A stretch of DNA of 64,000 nucleotides from an uncultured Methanospirillum sp. (GTDB lineage: Archaea > Halobacteriota > Methanomicrobia > Methanomicrobiales > Methanospirillaceae), in contig CAZWTX010000001.1 in assembly GCA_964637135.1 (NCBI GenBank), positions 124,001 to 188,000 on the forward strand. Direction: 5' to 3'. The notes beneath the pieces are model-generated. The model searched no databases. It was not told the origin of the DNA and was given only the letters and a program-made list of their open reading frames with translations. The first letter of the stretch is position 1. Each line of letters starts with the position of its first letter. A program made the translations under genes and the position numbers. Below, one piece after another: positions 7,880-17,451 of the stretch.

Positions 7880-9805
7880 TTATTGAATGTCTTCATATTT
7901 TTGTGTATGAGATAGGATATGGAGAAGAAGATCTATTGTTGCCTGAACTTGAACAGTTATTCTCTCCTTTTCTTTCAACGTTAAAGATTCATACCACTTG
8001 AACGACTGTTGTCCTTGTTCGTGTATGTATAAATTCCTTACCATGTCCTCACAAGTATATATAGCCAAACCTAACCGCTGATTTCGATAGGTATTAGAGG
8101 GAGGATTGTGATTTTTTTTCCCAATATTCTCCGGATCAAGAATCAAAATTGGTGGCTTTTCAGAATTTTCAATTTTTTTCCAGCCAAATGCAGCTTTCGA
8201 CAACTCATTCATTGAATCTTCAGTGAGATTAGTTCTTTTTTGTAATTCTGCTTTCAAAATATCCGTAATGGAAATAGCCCATTCTCTCTGACTCTTTTTA
8301 TTGAACCTTTGAAAAGATGCTCGGGTTTCAGGATTAATAGTTGAACGCAAAAGCCTAATATATTCTATATCTGATAGGTAAGTTTCAGGTTCTTCATTTG
8401 GAGAAAAAACCCCATTATTTCCTTCTTTTTCCTCCCTAATATCTGCTTCCTCTTTTTTTCCAACATCATGACCCGATTGTTTTTCATCAGATGAAGAGGA
8501 TGTGATTGTTTCCTGTCGATGAATATTTTGATCAAGCAACAGATCTTGAGCCTTTTGTTGGTTGCCATCAATTTTGTTTTTCAGTGCTTCAGCATTTAGT
8601 CCTTCTGGAAAATGACGAGTACTATCCATTTTTCTGATAATCTTTCTTTTTTCGGAATCATATTTATCTGAATCAATCAATCCTTTTTCATAATCAGATT
8701 TTAGTTTTATTGCCTTTTTATACTGGTTTTTTGTTGAATTATATCGATTAATATTTTCTAATTTAAGGATGAATTGCCCAATTTGATTTAAAAAATCCTC
8801 AATATGAGGATAATTATATTCAAAGTTATTTCTGGCAGTATTTTCTTTAATTTGTGAAGATACAATATGAATTTCTCCATATTGCCAAAAATGATAACTA
8901 CCGTTTGCAAGATTCTTTACAAAATCGCGATCCCCGATTGTAAATCCTTTTTTTCTAAAATATATCCCTCCATTAGGTTTTGGAAGAGCTACTGAATCCT
9001 TTGAGGAAATAAACCAAGCAACAGCTAATAATTCTCCAGTCTCATTATCTTGCGGATAATAAAATTTGCGGCAAATAATCGCATCTTTAAAGAAAAGACT
9101 TTCATCTGTAGGTGGTCTAAAAATTTTTTCTTTATTATATGTTATTGAAACATCTGGAATTGTTACCTGATTATTTTTTAGCCACTCATTAATTTTATGA
9201 GCATTTGAAAATTTAGACTCGTTAATTGAAGCTGGAACAGTTTCAATTAGATAATCTTTAATCTTCTGATTATTGTACACGTTAATTAATGTTCGAAGTA
9301 TTGATTCTAATCTAATAATTGTATAATGAGATTCCTCATATGATTCATCATTAGACAGATCTAATTCAGAAATTTCAGAAGTTGTTTGAGACAATACCTC
9401 AATTGCACTGAAATCTCCTAAATATATATTACGTAAATTATCACAGTCAATTGAAATTAAAAACTTAGGAGAATTACGCTTTTTAGTGATTATTTGTAGT
9501 TTTTTTGATACGGCAACTCCACTCCAAATACCGATTCCCCTCCATCCGATATTTGATTCATTTTTACTTGATTTACCTATACTAAGAGCATTAATCAATT
9601 CCTCTTTATCCATCCCATTGCCATCATCTTCAATAACTAGGGTTTTTTCATTTTCAAATACCACAGATATATTTTTTGCCCCAGCATCGACACCATTTTG
9701 AATGTATTCTCGAATGCAGTTTAAATTCCCGTCATACAAACCCTCTGTTATAGCTTGAATAATTCGGGCCCCGATTGATTCTTCAGAAAATTTCATAGAT
9801 ATCAA
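7880..9805 (-). CDS. GHKL (Hsp90/MutL/MORC-type) ATPase with C-terminal HEPN-like domain
   Basis: N box IREYIQNGVDA, G1 IEDDGNGMD, G2 IGWRGIG; S5-like region GIYFRKKGFTIGD...GEIHI...ENTARNNFE; charged linker; C-terminal RNLYIH. Start TTG 9805 or ATG 9796. Confidence 0.85.
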   Translation of the reverse strand: MISMKFSEESIGARIIQAITEGLYDGNLNCIREYIQNGVDAGAKNISVVFENEKTLVIEDDGNGMDKEELINALSIGKSSKNESNIGWRGIGIWSGVAVSKKLQIITKKRNSPKFLISIDCDNLRNIYLGDFSAIEVLSQTTSEISELDLSNDESYEESHYTIIRLESILRTLINVYNNQKIKDYLIETVPASINESKFSNAHKINEWLKNNQVTIPDVSITYNKEKIFRPPTDESLFFKDAIICRKFYYPQDNETGELLAVAWFISSKDSVALPKPNGGIYFRKKGFTIGDRDFVKNLANGSYHFWQYGEIHIVSSQIKENTARNNFEYNYPHIEDFLNQIGQFILKLENINRYNSTKNQYKKAIKLKSDYEKGLIDSDKYDSEKRKIIRKMDSTRHFPEGLNAEALKNKIDGNQQKAQDLLLDQNIHRQETITSSSSDEKQSGHDVGKKEEADIREEKEGNNGVFSPNEEPETYLSDIEYIRLLRSTINPETRASFQRFNKKSQREWAISITDILKAELQKRTNLTEDSMNELSKAAFGWKKIENSEKPPILILDPENIGKKNHNPPSNTYRNQRLGLAIYTCEDMVRNLYIHEQGQQSFKWYESLTLKEKERITVQVQATIDLLLHILSHTQKYEDIQ

Positions 9806-9828
9806 GCCACTTTTCTATTACCTTTAAC

Positions 9829-9835
9829 ATTTAAA
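9829..9835 (-). promoter_or_regulatory. TATA box candidate for the GHKL/radical SAM pair
   Basis: TTTAAAT on the minus strand ~24 nt before TTG 9805. Confidence 0.4.
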
Positions 9836-9981
9836 CCCAAAATCAGAAATCCTGTTCAATTGGATACTCTGATCATCATTTACCACAAAGGAAAATTACC
9901 TTAATCAACTAAAAAGTTGACGAAATTGTAATTGTTAGACATTTAGGGAAAAAACCCGCTCTCTCACGAAATAAGGTAAAA

Positions 9982-11262
9982 TTAATTAATTCCTCCCATC
10001 TTTATCTCCTTTAAATCCTCAATGATATCATCCAGAAATCCGGGGTCATGAGAGCATTCTTTAATCAATTGCCGAATGTTCTTTGTTTTTTCTGTTAATT
10101 CTGTTCCACACAGATTACAATACCGGGATGTAGGGGAATTGTGATTGTGACATTTCGGACACATCCGCCCAGTAATTCTCCTCTCCTGTTTCCGGTTCTC
10201 CTCATCGGTGATTATCCCAGCATGTTTCAAGAGGATCCGATCCTGCTGGGTCGGAGACATCCGAATATATGTCCGGATCTGTTTCGTATTCTGATTCCCC
10301 CATAAAAGTTCAACGACTGAAGCAATCGGAAGACCCTGTTCGATAAGGTGAGTTCCCCGAGACTTCCGAAAGAGATGGGTTGTAATTTTTTTCTTAATTC
10401 CTGCTCTTTGAGCTGCTTTTTTGAAGATCTTCAGAACGGCTGCATAGGTCAGGACATCACTCCGTTCGGAGAGGAAAACATAGGTCTCACCCTCCGGAGT
10501 TCCTGGAAAGTTGTCCCGCCACATTGCAAGATATTGTGAGGAAGCGGATGGAGTAAGACTAGCCATCCGGATCTTGTTCGTTTTCGTATCGGTGATTCGG
10601 AGCCTGGCCCCATATTCATCCCAGATAGCATCCCTCCAGCGAAGCCTTCCGATTTCCCCAATTCTTGTTGCAGCCTCATAATGGACGGCAATCAGGGCCC
10701 TATCTCGGATAGCAGTTCTACCTTCACAGGCAACCAACATGGAGATGATCTCCTCAGGATTGAGAATCTCGTCCGGGTGAGTTACATCCTGATTTTGTGC
10801 GGGAGGCTTGATATCTTTGATTTTCTCTTTATTCAGGTGGGGATTGATCCCATTCTCGATCATCCAGAGTAAAAATCGGCGAAGAATAACGACATAATCA
10901 TATTTGGTGTTCTGTGCAAACTCCTGACCCTTCTGATTCTTCGATGAATTGAGTGATTTATGCCGGAAAAAAGATCTGCCATTTTCATCGATTGGTACTC
11001 GACGGAAATCAGATTATTTTTTTCTCCATCCGAGAAGGGTGGTGGATATTTTCATTTCCCGGTTCTCACTTAACTGGTGAAGAGCGATCATTTCCGAGAT
11101 ATAGTTCTGAATGATTTCAGAATCTTGCGCGGATATTTGGCCCTTTTGCATGGCTTTTTCAAAGGAAGATTTAGTGTATTTTTTTCCAAAGTGAAAATTG
11201 ACTGCCTGCCTGACCTTGTATATAAGATGCCATGTCAGAGCCTTAACTCTCTCGTCACGCAT
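9982..11262 (-). pseudogene. Tyrosine integrase (archaeal type with C-terminal zinc ribbon), interrupted
   Basis: Catalytic motifs ATRIGE (R), DTKT (K), HLFR, LWG, RTY (Y); C-terminal CPKC...CNLC. ORFs 11014-11262 and 9982-10863 are in the same frame, separated by TAA at 11014-11016. Confidence 0.85.
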
Positions 11263-11276
11263 CCCAGCCGGGGCGT
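11262..11276 (+). repeat. attR core
   Basis: Duplicate of the tRNA-Arg 3' end. Followed by a TGACAG/CTGTCA hairpin (11281-11301) and a T-run, the likely original tRNA 3' flank. Confidence 0.9.
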
Positions 11277-11313
11277 AACGTGACAGGATAATCAGCTGTC
11301 ATTCCATCGTTTT

Positions 11314-13182
11314 TCATGCATCCTGTGATTCTAACGTCCATATTCTCCCATAATTCCCAGGGATAACCAGGTTGGTCTGTTCGCCTGCCACAACGCCGGT
11401 AAGATTTTCATTTCCCCAGAGTTCCTCGACATATGATCCACTTGTCGGGAACCAGAACGGAACGGTTCGTTCAGCATTTCCAAAATTCAGGGCAACCAGG
11501 CTGAATCTCTTCCCGTAATTCCGGGAGAAGAGGAGGACCCCCTGAGACTGGTAGTGATCGTGGTGATCATAAAAATAATACGCTCCTTTCCTGAACTGAA
11601 TCGCATCTCTCCGGATTGTAGTCAGCTTTCGTACGAGCGATACGAGTTTTTTCCCCGGTTCCGTGTAAAAATAATCCCATCGCATCGGGCGGAACAGTTT
11701 TACCCGTTCATATCCCCCCTCCGGGAGGTAATAATTCTCTCCGAATTCCTGGCCCTGCCAGAGAAACGGAATCCCCTTTGCCGTAAAAAGGGCAATCAGG
11801 TATGGCTGGAGCCGGTACCAGAGCTCACGATCTCCCTCCTGGATAACAACGTTTTCGTTTGGATTGCGGATTTTTATACGGGTAATAAACCGGGGGTTAT
11901 CATGGGTTTCCACATACTGAAACGCAGACTTATCCAGACAATCCCCGTTTACTGTCGATTTTTCACAGAACCCCTGCAGACCAAGGCAGAAACCAAGCCA
12001 CCGGAGCTGGTTCCAGTCTCCCCTGACAACGCTTGTTGCCGCATCAAGCGTCTTATTCTGCCAGGTACAGGTGCTGTATGTCTGCTCCAGGATCCCACAC
12101 GGATCATCGAGGTGTTCAGCACACTGGATCAGGTTGCATTTGTCTCCGTCAAAGAACCGCTGCCAATGGCCGGGAGTATCCCGGTGAGCCTCGACTGCCT
12201 TGTAGGTGTGTGAAACGAGGGAAGCATATCCCTCCTTATCCGGGCCAAGATAGTACCCGGGCACATAATCATACCTGAATCCATCGATATGGAACTTTTC
12301 CAGCCAGAACAGATTCACCGTGTAGAAAAAGTCCCGGGTAAGGCTCTTATTGAAGTCAGTACTGTTCCCATATTTATCCTCGGCAAACGGGCCGGTCATC
12401 GGATACGGAATAGTGCCGATACTATTATACAGATACAGGTAGGGAAAACAGAAATCCGTATGGGCATACACCGAGTCAAGAATGACTGCCATCCCCCGGT
12501 TATGTGCCTCGTTTACCAGCTGCTGAAAATTCTTCCGGTTTCCGAACCGTTCATCAACTCCGAAATATCCTACCGGTGAAAATCCCCAGTTAATCGTCTC
12601 CAGGCAGTTTGAAACCGGCATGATCTCAAGGCAGGTGATACCGAGATCAGCCAGGTAATCAAGCCGTTTCAGGGTATTTTCAATCGTTCCGGCAAATTCG
12701 CTGATCATCATCTCATAGACGACAAGATCAGACAATGACGGGGTTTTCCAGGTCTCTTCTCCCTTATCCCAGGGATGATCCCGGTACCCCATCGTGAAGG
12801 CGGAGAGCTTGCCGATACCAAATTCACGGGCAAAGGGATCGATGATCCAGTCGGTTTCCGGTTTATCCGGATTCGGATACGTGAGACAGAACCGGTAGAC
12901 ATACCGCCCGGTCTGTCCCCAGGCAGAAGAAGGTATTACGCGATCTTCCGGGGTGATCTTCAATTCGACAGACCAGAAATCCCCGTACCCGGGAAGCACG
13001 GAGTGCCCGAGGGCAACTTCTTCCGGCTGAATGCCCTGCAGAAACTGGTCATGTTCATGAATGATCCGCAAGGATACCCCGTAGTTTTCATCCGATGATA
13101 TTCCGGGAAGCAACAACCCGAAGTGGATTGTACCCGGAGTCATTTCCCGTGGACCAAGAATGTCCATTGGAAGCTGGTTCAT
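11314..13182 (-). CDS. GH13 alpha-amylase-family glycoside hydrolase (branching enzyme/TreZ-like)
   Basis: LDYLADLGIT.LEIMP, WG, AVILDSVYAH, IDGFRYD (nucleophile), CAE, YVETHD, GIPFLWQGQE. GGAAGGGG precedes ATG 13182. Confidence 0.9.
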   Translation of the reverse strand: MNQLPMDILGPREMTPGTIHFGLLLPGISSDENYGVSLRIIHEHDQFLQGIQPEEVALGHSVLPGYGDFWSVELKITPEDRVIPSSAWGQTGRYVYRFCLTYPNPDKPETDWIIDPFAREFGIGKLSAFTMGYRDHPWDKGEETWKTPSLSDLVVYEMMISEFAGTIENTLKRLDYLADLGITCLEIMPVSNCLETINWGFSPVGYFGVDERFGNRKNFQQLVNEAHNRGMAVILDSVYAHTDFCFPYLYLYNSIGTIPYPMTGPFAEDKYGNSTDFNKSLTRDFFYTVNLFWLEKFHIDGFRYDYVPGYYLGPDKEGYASLVSHTYKAVEAHRDTPGHWQRFFDGDKCNLIQCAEHLDDPCGILEQTYSTCTWQNKTLDAATSVVRGDWNQLRWLGFCLGLQGFCEKSTVNGDCLDKSAFQYVETHDNPRFITRIKIRNPNENVVIQEGDRELWYRLQPYLIALFTAKGIPFLWQGQEFGENYYLPEGGYERVKLFRPMRWDYFYTEPGKKLVSLVRKLTTIRRDAIQFRKGAYYFYDHHDHYQSQGVLLFSRNYGKRFSLVALNFGNAERTVPFWFPTSGSYVEELWGNENLTGVVAGEQTNLVIPGNYGRIWTLESQDA

Positions 13183-13765
13183 CCCCTTCCCTCGGATGAA
13201 CATTTTTTTCACATGACTTAATACTGATCACGTATATCAGGAAAAAAGCCCGGAACGGAACAGATGAAACCTTCGTTCCCGGATTCCTCAAACCGGTGCA
13301 TGTGCCGTGTATGAGGGGACGAAACCATCGGGTTACCTCCCCTCCTCGGACCAGATCTGCTTCGACAGAGTCTCCGGGGCATGTAATGAATGGTGCTACC
13401 CGGGACCTCTTTATCCAGAAGCATACTCCGGGAACACGGTTGAACGGAGTTACTCCTTCGCTGGGGTGACGAAACGCGGGAAACCTTCAGGCAGCCCGGA
13501 TTATCATCCGGATGAAAAGAGAAGATACGGTCTCCTGACCTGAGGATAGAGAGTTATTTTCCGCTTTTTCAGATGGAACTGGATTTCCATGAACAGGGAG
13601 GAAAATGTTTCTGTACATCGGGATGGATGCACCCTGGGGTGATTTTTCAAGGGTGAAAGAAAAGGATTAGATTACCCCTCATGCAACTATCTCATCATGC
13701 CACCAGACCCACGATCTGAATACTCCCGGATCAGACCTGGCAGGGCATTGGGAGACTGAACCCGC

Positions 13766-14536
13766 ATGAATAAGGATATCAGGGAATTACAACATCTGAC
13801 TGCTGCAGATGAAGAGAACAGATCATTTGACAAGGTCATTCTCCCTCTCGGATCCCTCGAGAGCCACGGGCCGCATCTTCCGTACGGAACCGATGCCCTG
13901 ACCGCATACCATCTTTCGCTTGAGATTGCAGGCCGGGTTCCGGGGGCCATCGTACTCCCCCTGATCAATTACGGGGTGAGTGAACATTACCGGGACTTCC
14001 CGTTCACCATCTCCCTGCGACCGGCGACGGAAACTGCAATCCTTGAGGATATCCTTGAATCTGTCTATCGCGAAGGCACCCGGAGATGCTTCATCATGAA
14101 CGGGCATGACGGGAATATTCCCTGCATCGATATTGCCGCCCGGACCGTGAAGGTCAGGCACCCGGATATGAAGATCGTCTCCCTTGATGCCTGGTGGGAG
14201 ACGCTGACACCGCTCCTTCCTCCCGGGTTCTTCGAGGTCTGGCAGGGACTCGGTCACGGGGGAGAGGGGGAGATGTCAATGGGCCTTGCCCTCTTTCCCG
14301 AACTCTGCATCCCGGATAAAGCAGCAGGAGTGGTTCCTGATCTGCCCATGCACCTGAACGTGAAATGGCTCTTCAACGAACTGACGAATACGGGAGCAAC
14401 CGGGGATCCGACAAAGGGCAACCGGGAAAAAGGCCTGAAGATGAAGGAAGTGCTGATCGATACCATCGTATCAGAACTGCAAAAACTCGATGCCAACGGC
14501 TGGGATTACCACTCTCCCGGCCTTAACGGGAAATAA
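13766..14536 (+). CDS. Creatininase-family amidohydrolase
   Basis: LPLGSLESHGPHLPYGTD, NGHDGN, GHGGEGE motifs. Confidence 0.9.
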   Translation: MNKDIRELQHLTAADEENRSFDKVILPLGSLESHGPHLPYGTDALTAYHLSLEIAGRVPGAIVLPLINYGVSEHYRDFPFTISLRPATETAILEDILESVYREGTRRCFIMNGHDGNIPCIDIAARTVKVRHPDMKIVSLDAWWETLTPLLPPGFFEVWQGLGHGGEGEMSMGLALFPELCIPDKAAGVVPDLPMHLNVKWLFNELTNTGATGDPTKGNREKGLKMKEVLIDTIVSELQKLDANGWDYHSPGLNGK

Positions 14537-14852
14537 AACCGGCCATTTCCCCGGGCAGGGGTATTGCCTCAGGGAATCGGGTGTGATACAGGATAATCGG
14601 TGTATCCACCATGAGTCCGGGTTGTATCGGTTGAACAGACAGCACCCTCTTCTTTTCAGGCACCGGGTTCGCTTGGGTTCGCTGGATACCGGCATGATGT
14701 AATACACCGATATCCCACGATGATCAGGGGATTCTCCCCTGAACCACCCACTTTCCTCCTACCATCATTCGGTTTTTGGTATTTCCCTCCAAAACGAAGA
14801 GAATTCGGATGGACTATTTGCCTCCCGAACGGGCAATCTAATCAGGATAGGT

Positions 14853-15878
14853 ATGAATCTGAAAGATACCACCCTGATGAAAATTTCATGGTTCCTGGCA
14901 GCAGGACTTGCTTTCCTGCTCATGGGATGCCCATTCACCATGGCCGATATATCAACGGAAAAAATTCCCGAACTAGTACTGGTAGGACCTCCGGGACCGA
15001 TGGCCATCCCCATGGCGTACCTGGCCGAGAATCACAAACTCGACGATATTGCAGGGAACACCACCTTCCAGATCTGGGAGAACCAGGACCAGCTTCGTGC
15101 CATGATCGCGGGCGATAACATGGCAGACTTCATCACCATGCCCTCGAATGCTGCAGCAACCTTCTACAACAAGGGAACTGACGTAAAACTTCTCGACATC
15201 TCGATTTGGGGGATCCTCTATATCGTCAGCACGGATCCCACGATCACAACCATCGATGATCTCAAAGGCCGGGAAGTAGTCATTCCCTTCCAGGGCGATA
15301 TGCCTGATCTCCTGTTCACCTATCTCGCTGAAAAGAGCGGAATCGACACTGCCAATGACCTGACCCTCTACTATGCAGGTTCTCCCCAGCAGACCGCCCA
15401 GCTCCTCCTCTCCAGGGAGAAGGATTGTGCTGTCCTCACCGAGCCCCTGGTAACCCAGGTCATGATGAAAGGGAAAGAGGCCGGACTGGAATTCCATCGA
15501 TGCATCGACCTTCAGGAAGAATGGGACAAGGTGACCGGTTCAGGCGATAAAGCTCCTATTGCCGGTACGATAGCACTAGGCGGGATAGAGAATAAACCGG
15601 AAGTTGTCAACCGGTTCATGGAAGAATATGCACTCGCAGTAGACTGGTTGAAAAATAACCCTGAAGAGGCAGGAGAACTGGGTGCTTCAATCCCGCAGTT
15701 AGGATTCGAAGCAAAACCGGTTGCAGAATCCATCAAGAACACCCGCTGGCAATTCACCCCGGCTTCGTCATGCCGGAGCGAGATTGAAGCCTTCCTTACT
15801 GCTCTCTCCGAGAAAAATCCAAAGATCATCGGGGGTTCCCTCCCCGATGGCGAATTTTACTACGGAACCGGGCAGTAA
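14853..15878 (+). CDS. ABC transporter substrate-binding protein (NitT/TauT/SsuA type)
   Basis: Signal-like N-terminus; TIDDLKGR and AVLTEP motifs; first gene of an operon. Confidence 0.85.
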   Translation: MNLKDTTLMKISWFLAAGLAFLLMGCPFTMADISTEKIPELVLVGPPGPMAIPMAYLAENHKLDDIAGNTTFQIWENQDQLRAMIAGDNMADFITMPSNAAATFYNKGTDVKLLDISIWGILYIVSTDPTITTIDDLKGREVVIPFQGDMPDLLFTYLAEKSGIDTANDLTLYYAGSPQQTAQLLLSREKDCAVLTEPLVTQVMMKGKEAGLEFHRCIDLQEEWDKVTGSGDKAPIAGTIALGGIENKPEVVNRFMEEYALAVDWLKNNPEEAGELGASIPQLGFEAKPVAESIKNTRWQFTPASSCRSEIEAFLTALSEKNPKIIGGSLPDGEFYYGTGQ

Positions 15879-15898
15879 TTGCTAAAACCTGAATCAAT

Positions 15899-16729
15899 AT
15901 GCAGACAGATCGCTCCCGGTTACGAGAAAACATGCTGAAAGGATTTCCCTCCTCGTTCCCCTCCTCCGGAACTGGAGAAAAAATCCTCTTCGGCCTGTTT
16001 GGAACTCTCCTCCTGATAATTGGATGGGAAGCACTCTCCCTGACCTTTGGAGGAATGATCATCGCTTCCCCCGGGGAAACCGGTGCTGCCCTCTCTGATC
16101 TTCTACAGGAACAAAAAACCTGGGAATATATCTTCCTGACCCTGGAACGCCTCCTTCTGGGGTTATTCCTCGGAAGTATTCTTGGCCTCGGATGTGGTCT
16201 TGCAGCAGGAATCAGCCGGAGGATCCGGATGATCCTCGAACCCCTCCGATGGGTGACCATGACCATCCCGGCGATCGTCATCGCCATTATCGCCATGCTC
16301 TGGTTTGGAATGGGAAGTGTCCAGGTCGTCTTTGTCGTGATGCTCATCGTTGCACCGATCACCTACGTAAATGCCATGGAAGGGAGATATTCCATCGATG
16401 AGCGACTAGTTGAGATGGGCCGGAGTTTCCGGCTTCCGTTCCGCATGTTCTTCTCCGAGATCTTCTTTCCGGGAATAACTGCATCGGTGATCGCCGGGCT
16501 GACTCTGACAGCCGGAATGGGGGTCAGGGTAGTGGTTCTGGCTGAGTTCACCGGGGCCCATGACGGGATCGGGTACGGTCTTTCCCGGGCATGGAATTAT
16601 CTCGATACCCCGGAATTGTTTGCATGGATCCTGATATCGCTCGCCCTGATGGGTATTTTGGAATTCTGTATCATGAAACCCCTGAAAAAACACCTGATGG
16701 GGTGGAAACCCTTGGAGAAAAACCAATGA
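15899..16729 (+). CDS. ABC transporter permease (NitT/TauT type)
   Basis: Multiple TM helices; IDERLVEMGRSF (EAA-like loop); VVLAEF...GIG. Confidence 0.9.
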   Translation: MQTDRSRLRENMLKGFPSSFPSSGTGEKILFGLFGTLLLIIGWEALSLTFGGMIIASPGETGAALSDLLQEQKTWEYIFLTLERLLLGLFLGSILGLGCGLAAGISRRIRMILEPLRWVTMTIPAIVIAIIAMLWFGMGSVQVVFVVMLIVAPITYVNAMEGRYSIDERLVEMGRSFRLPFRMFFSEIFFPGITASVIAGLTLTAGMGVRVVVLAEFTGAHDGIGYGLSRAWNYLDTPELFAWILISLALMGILEFCIMKPLKKHLMGWKPLEKNQ

Positions 16730-17451
16730 TCACCTTTCAAAACGTTTCTAAGTCACTCGGCGAACGACTGGTCCTCCATGACCTGACGTTTACCGTTCGT
16801 CAGAACTCGGTTGTAAGTATTCTCGGTCCTTCCGGGATCGGAAAGACGTCTATCCTCCGGATGATAGCCGGGGCAATCCGGCCGGATGCGGGGGAACTCA
16901 CGGTCCGGGCAGCGAAGATTGGATATATCTTTCAGGAGCCCCGTCTCCTCCCCTGGCGGACGGCGGCCGGAAACATTTCCCTTGGACTCCGGGCAGAAGG
17001 AATGAACAAAAAGGCCGCCGAGGATGTGGCGAGGGAGTGGATGGAGAGACTCGGAATGGCCGGGTTCGAATCCTATTATCCATCCCAGCTCAGCGGAGGA
17101 ATGATGCAGCGGGTCTCCATTGGACGGGCATTGGCCATCAGGCCTGATCTCCTCCTCATGGACGAACCGTTCAGTAACCTGAACCGTGAACTCAGGGATT
17201 CCCTTCTCGAAATTCTAGAAGGAATACTCCGGCAGTACCGGATGACAGTTGTGTATGTCACCCACGATCTTTCCGAGGCTGTCCGGCTCTCTGATACGAT
17301 CTTACGGCTTCATCCCGGTTCCTCCCTGGAGGAGATCCGGCCAGGTGACCTTGACACACTGCCCGACGTTCCCTCCCTGCCGATACGATATCCCCCGATA
17401 TCTTATGGCGAGTTCAGAACCCTTTCAGGACATACGGCGGTACCGCGATGA
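16726..17451 (+). CDS. ABC transporter ATP-binding protein (NitT/TauT type)
   Basis: GPSGIGKT, FQEPRLLPW, LSGGM, LLMDEPF; ATGA overlap with the permease. Confidence 0.92.
   Translation: MITFQNVSKSLGERLVLHDLTFTVRQNSVVSILGPSGIGKTSILRMIAGAIRPDAGELTVRAAKIGYIFQEPRLLPWRTAAGNISLGLRAEGMNKKAAEDVAREWMERLGMAGFESYYPSQLSGGMMQRVSIGRALAIRPDLLLMDEPFSNLNRELRDSLLEILEGILRQYRMTVVYVTHDLSEAVRLSDTILRLHPGSSLEEIRPGDLDTLPDVPSLPIRYPPISYGEFRTLSGHTAVPR

Larger units (their letters stand above)
4602..11276. mobile_element. Decayed integrative element (provirus or genomic island) inserted at the tRNA-Arg 3' end
   Basis: 15-bp direct repeat TCCCAGCCGGGGCGT at both ends, tyrosine integrase adjacent to the right repeat, AT-rich cargo, several pseudogenes. 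Confidence 0.9.

Noticed and set aside
13218..13543. Short ORFs between the GH13 and creatininase genes
   Set aside because: No recognisable motifs or convincing start signals.
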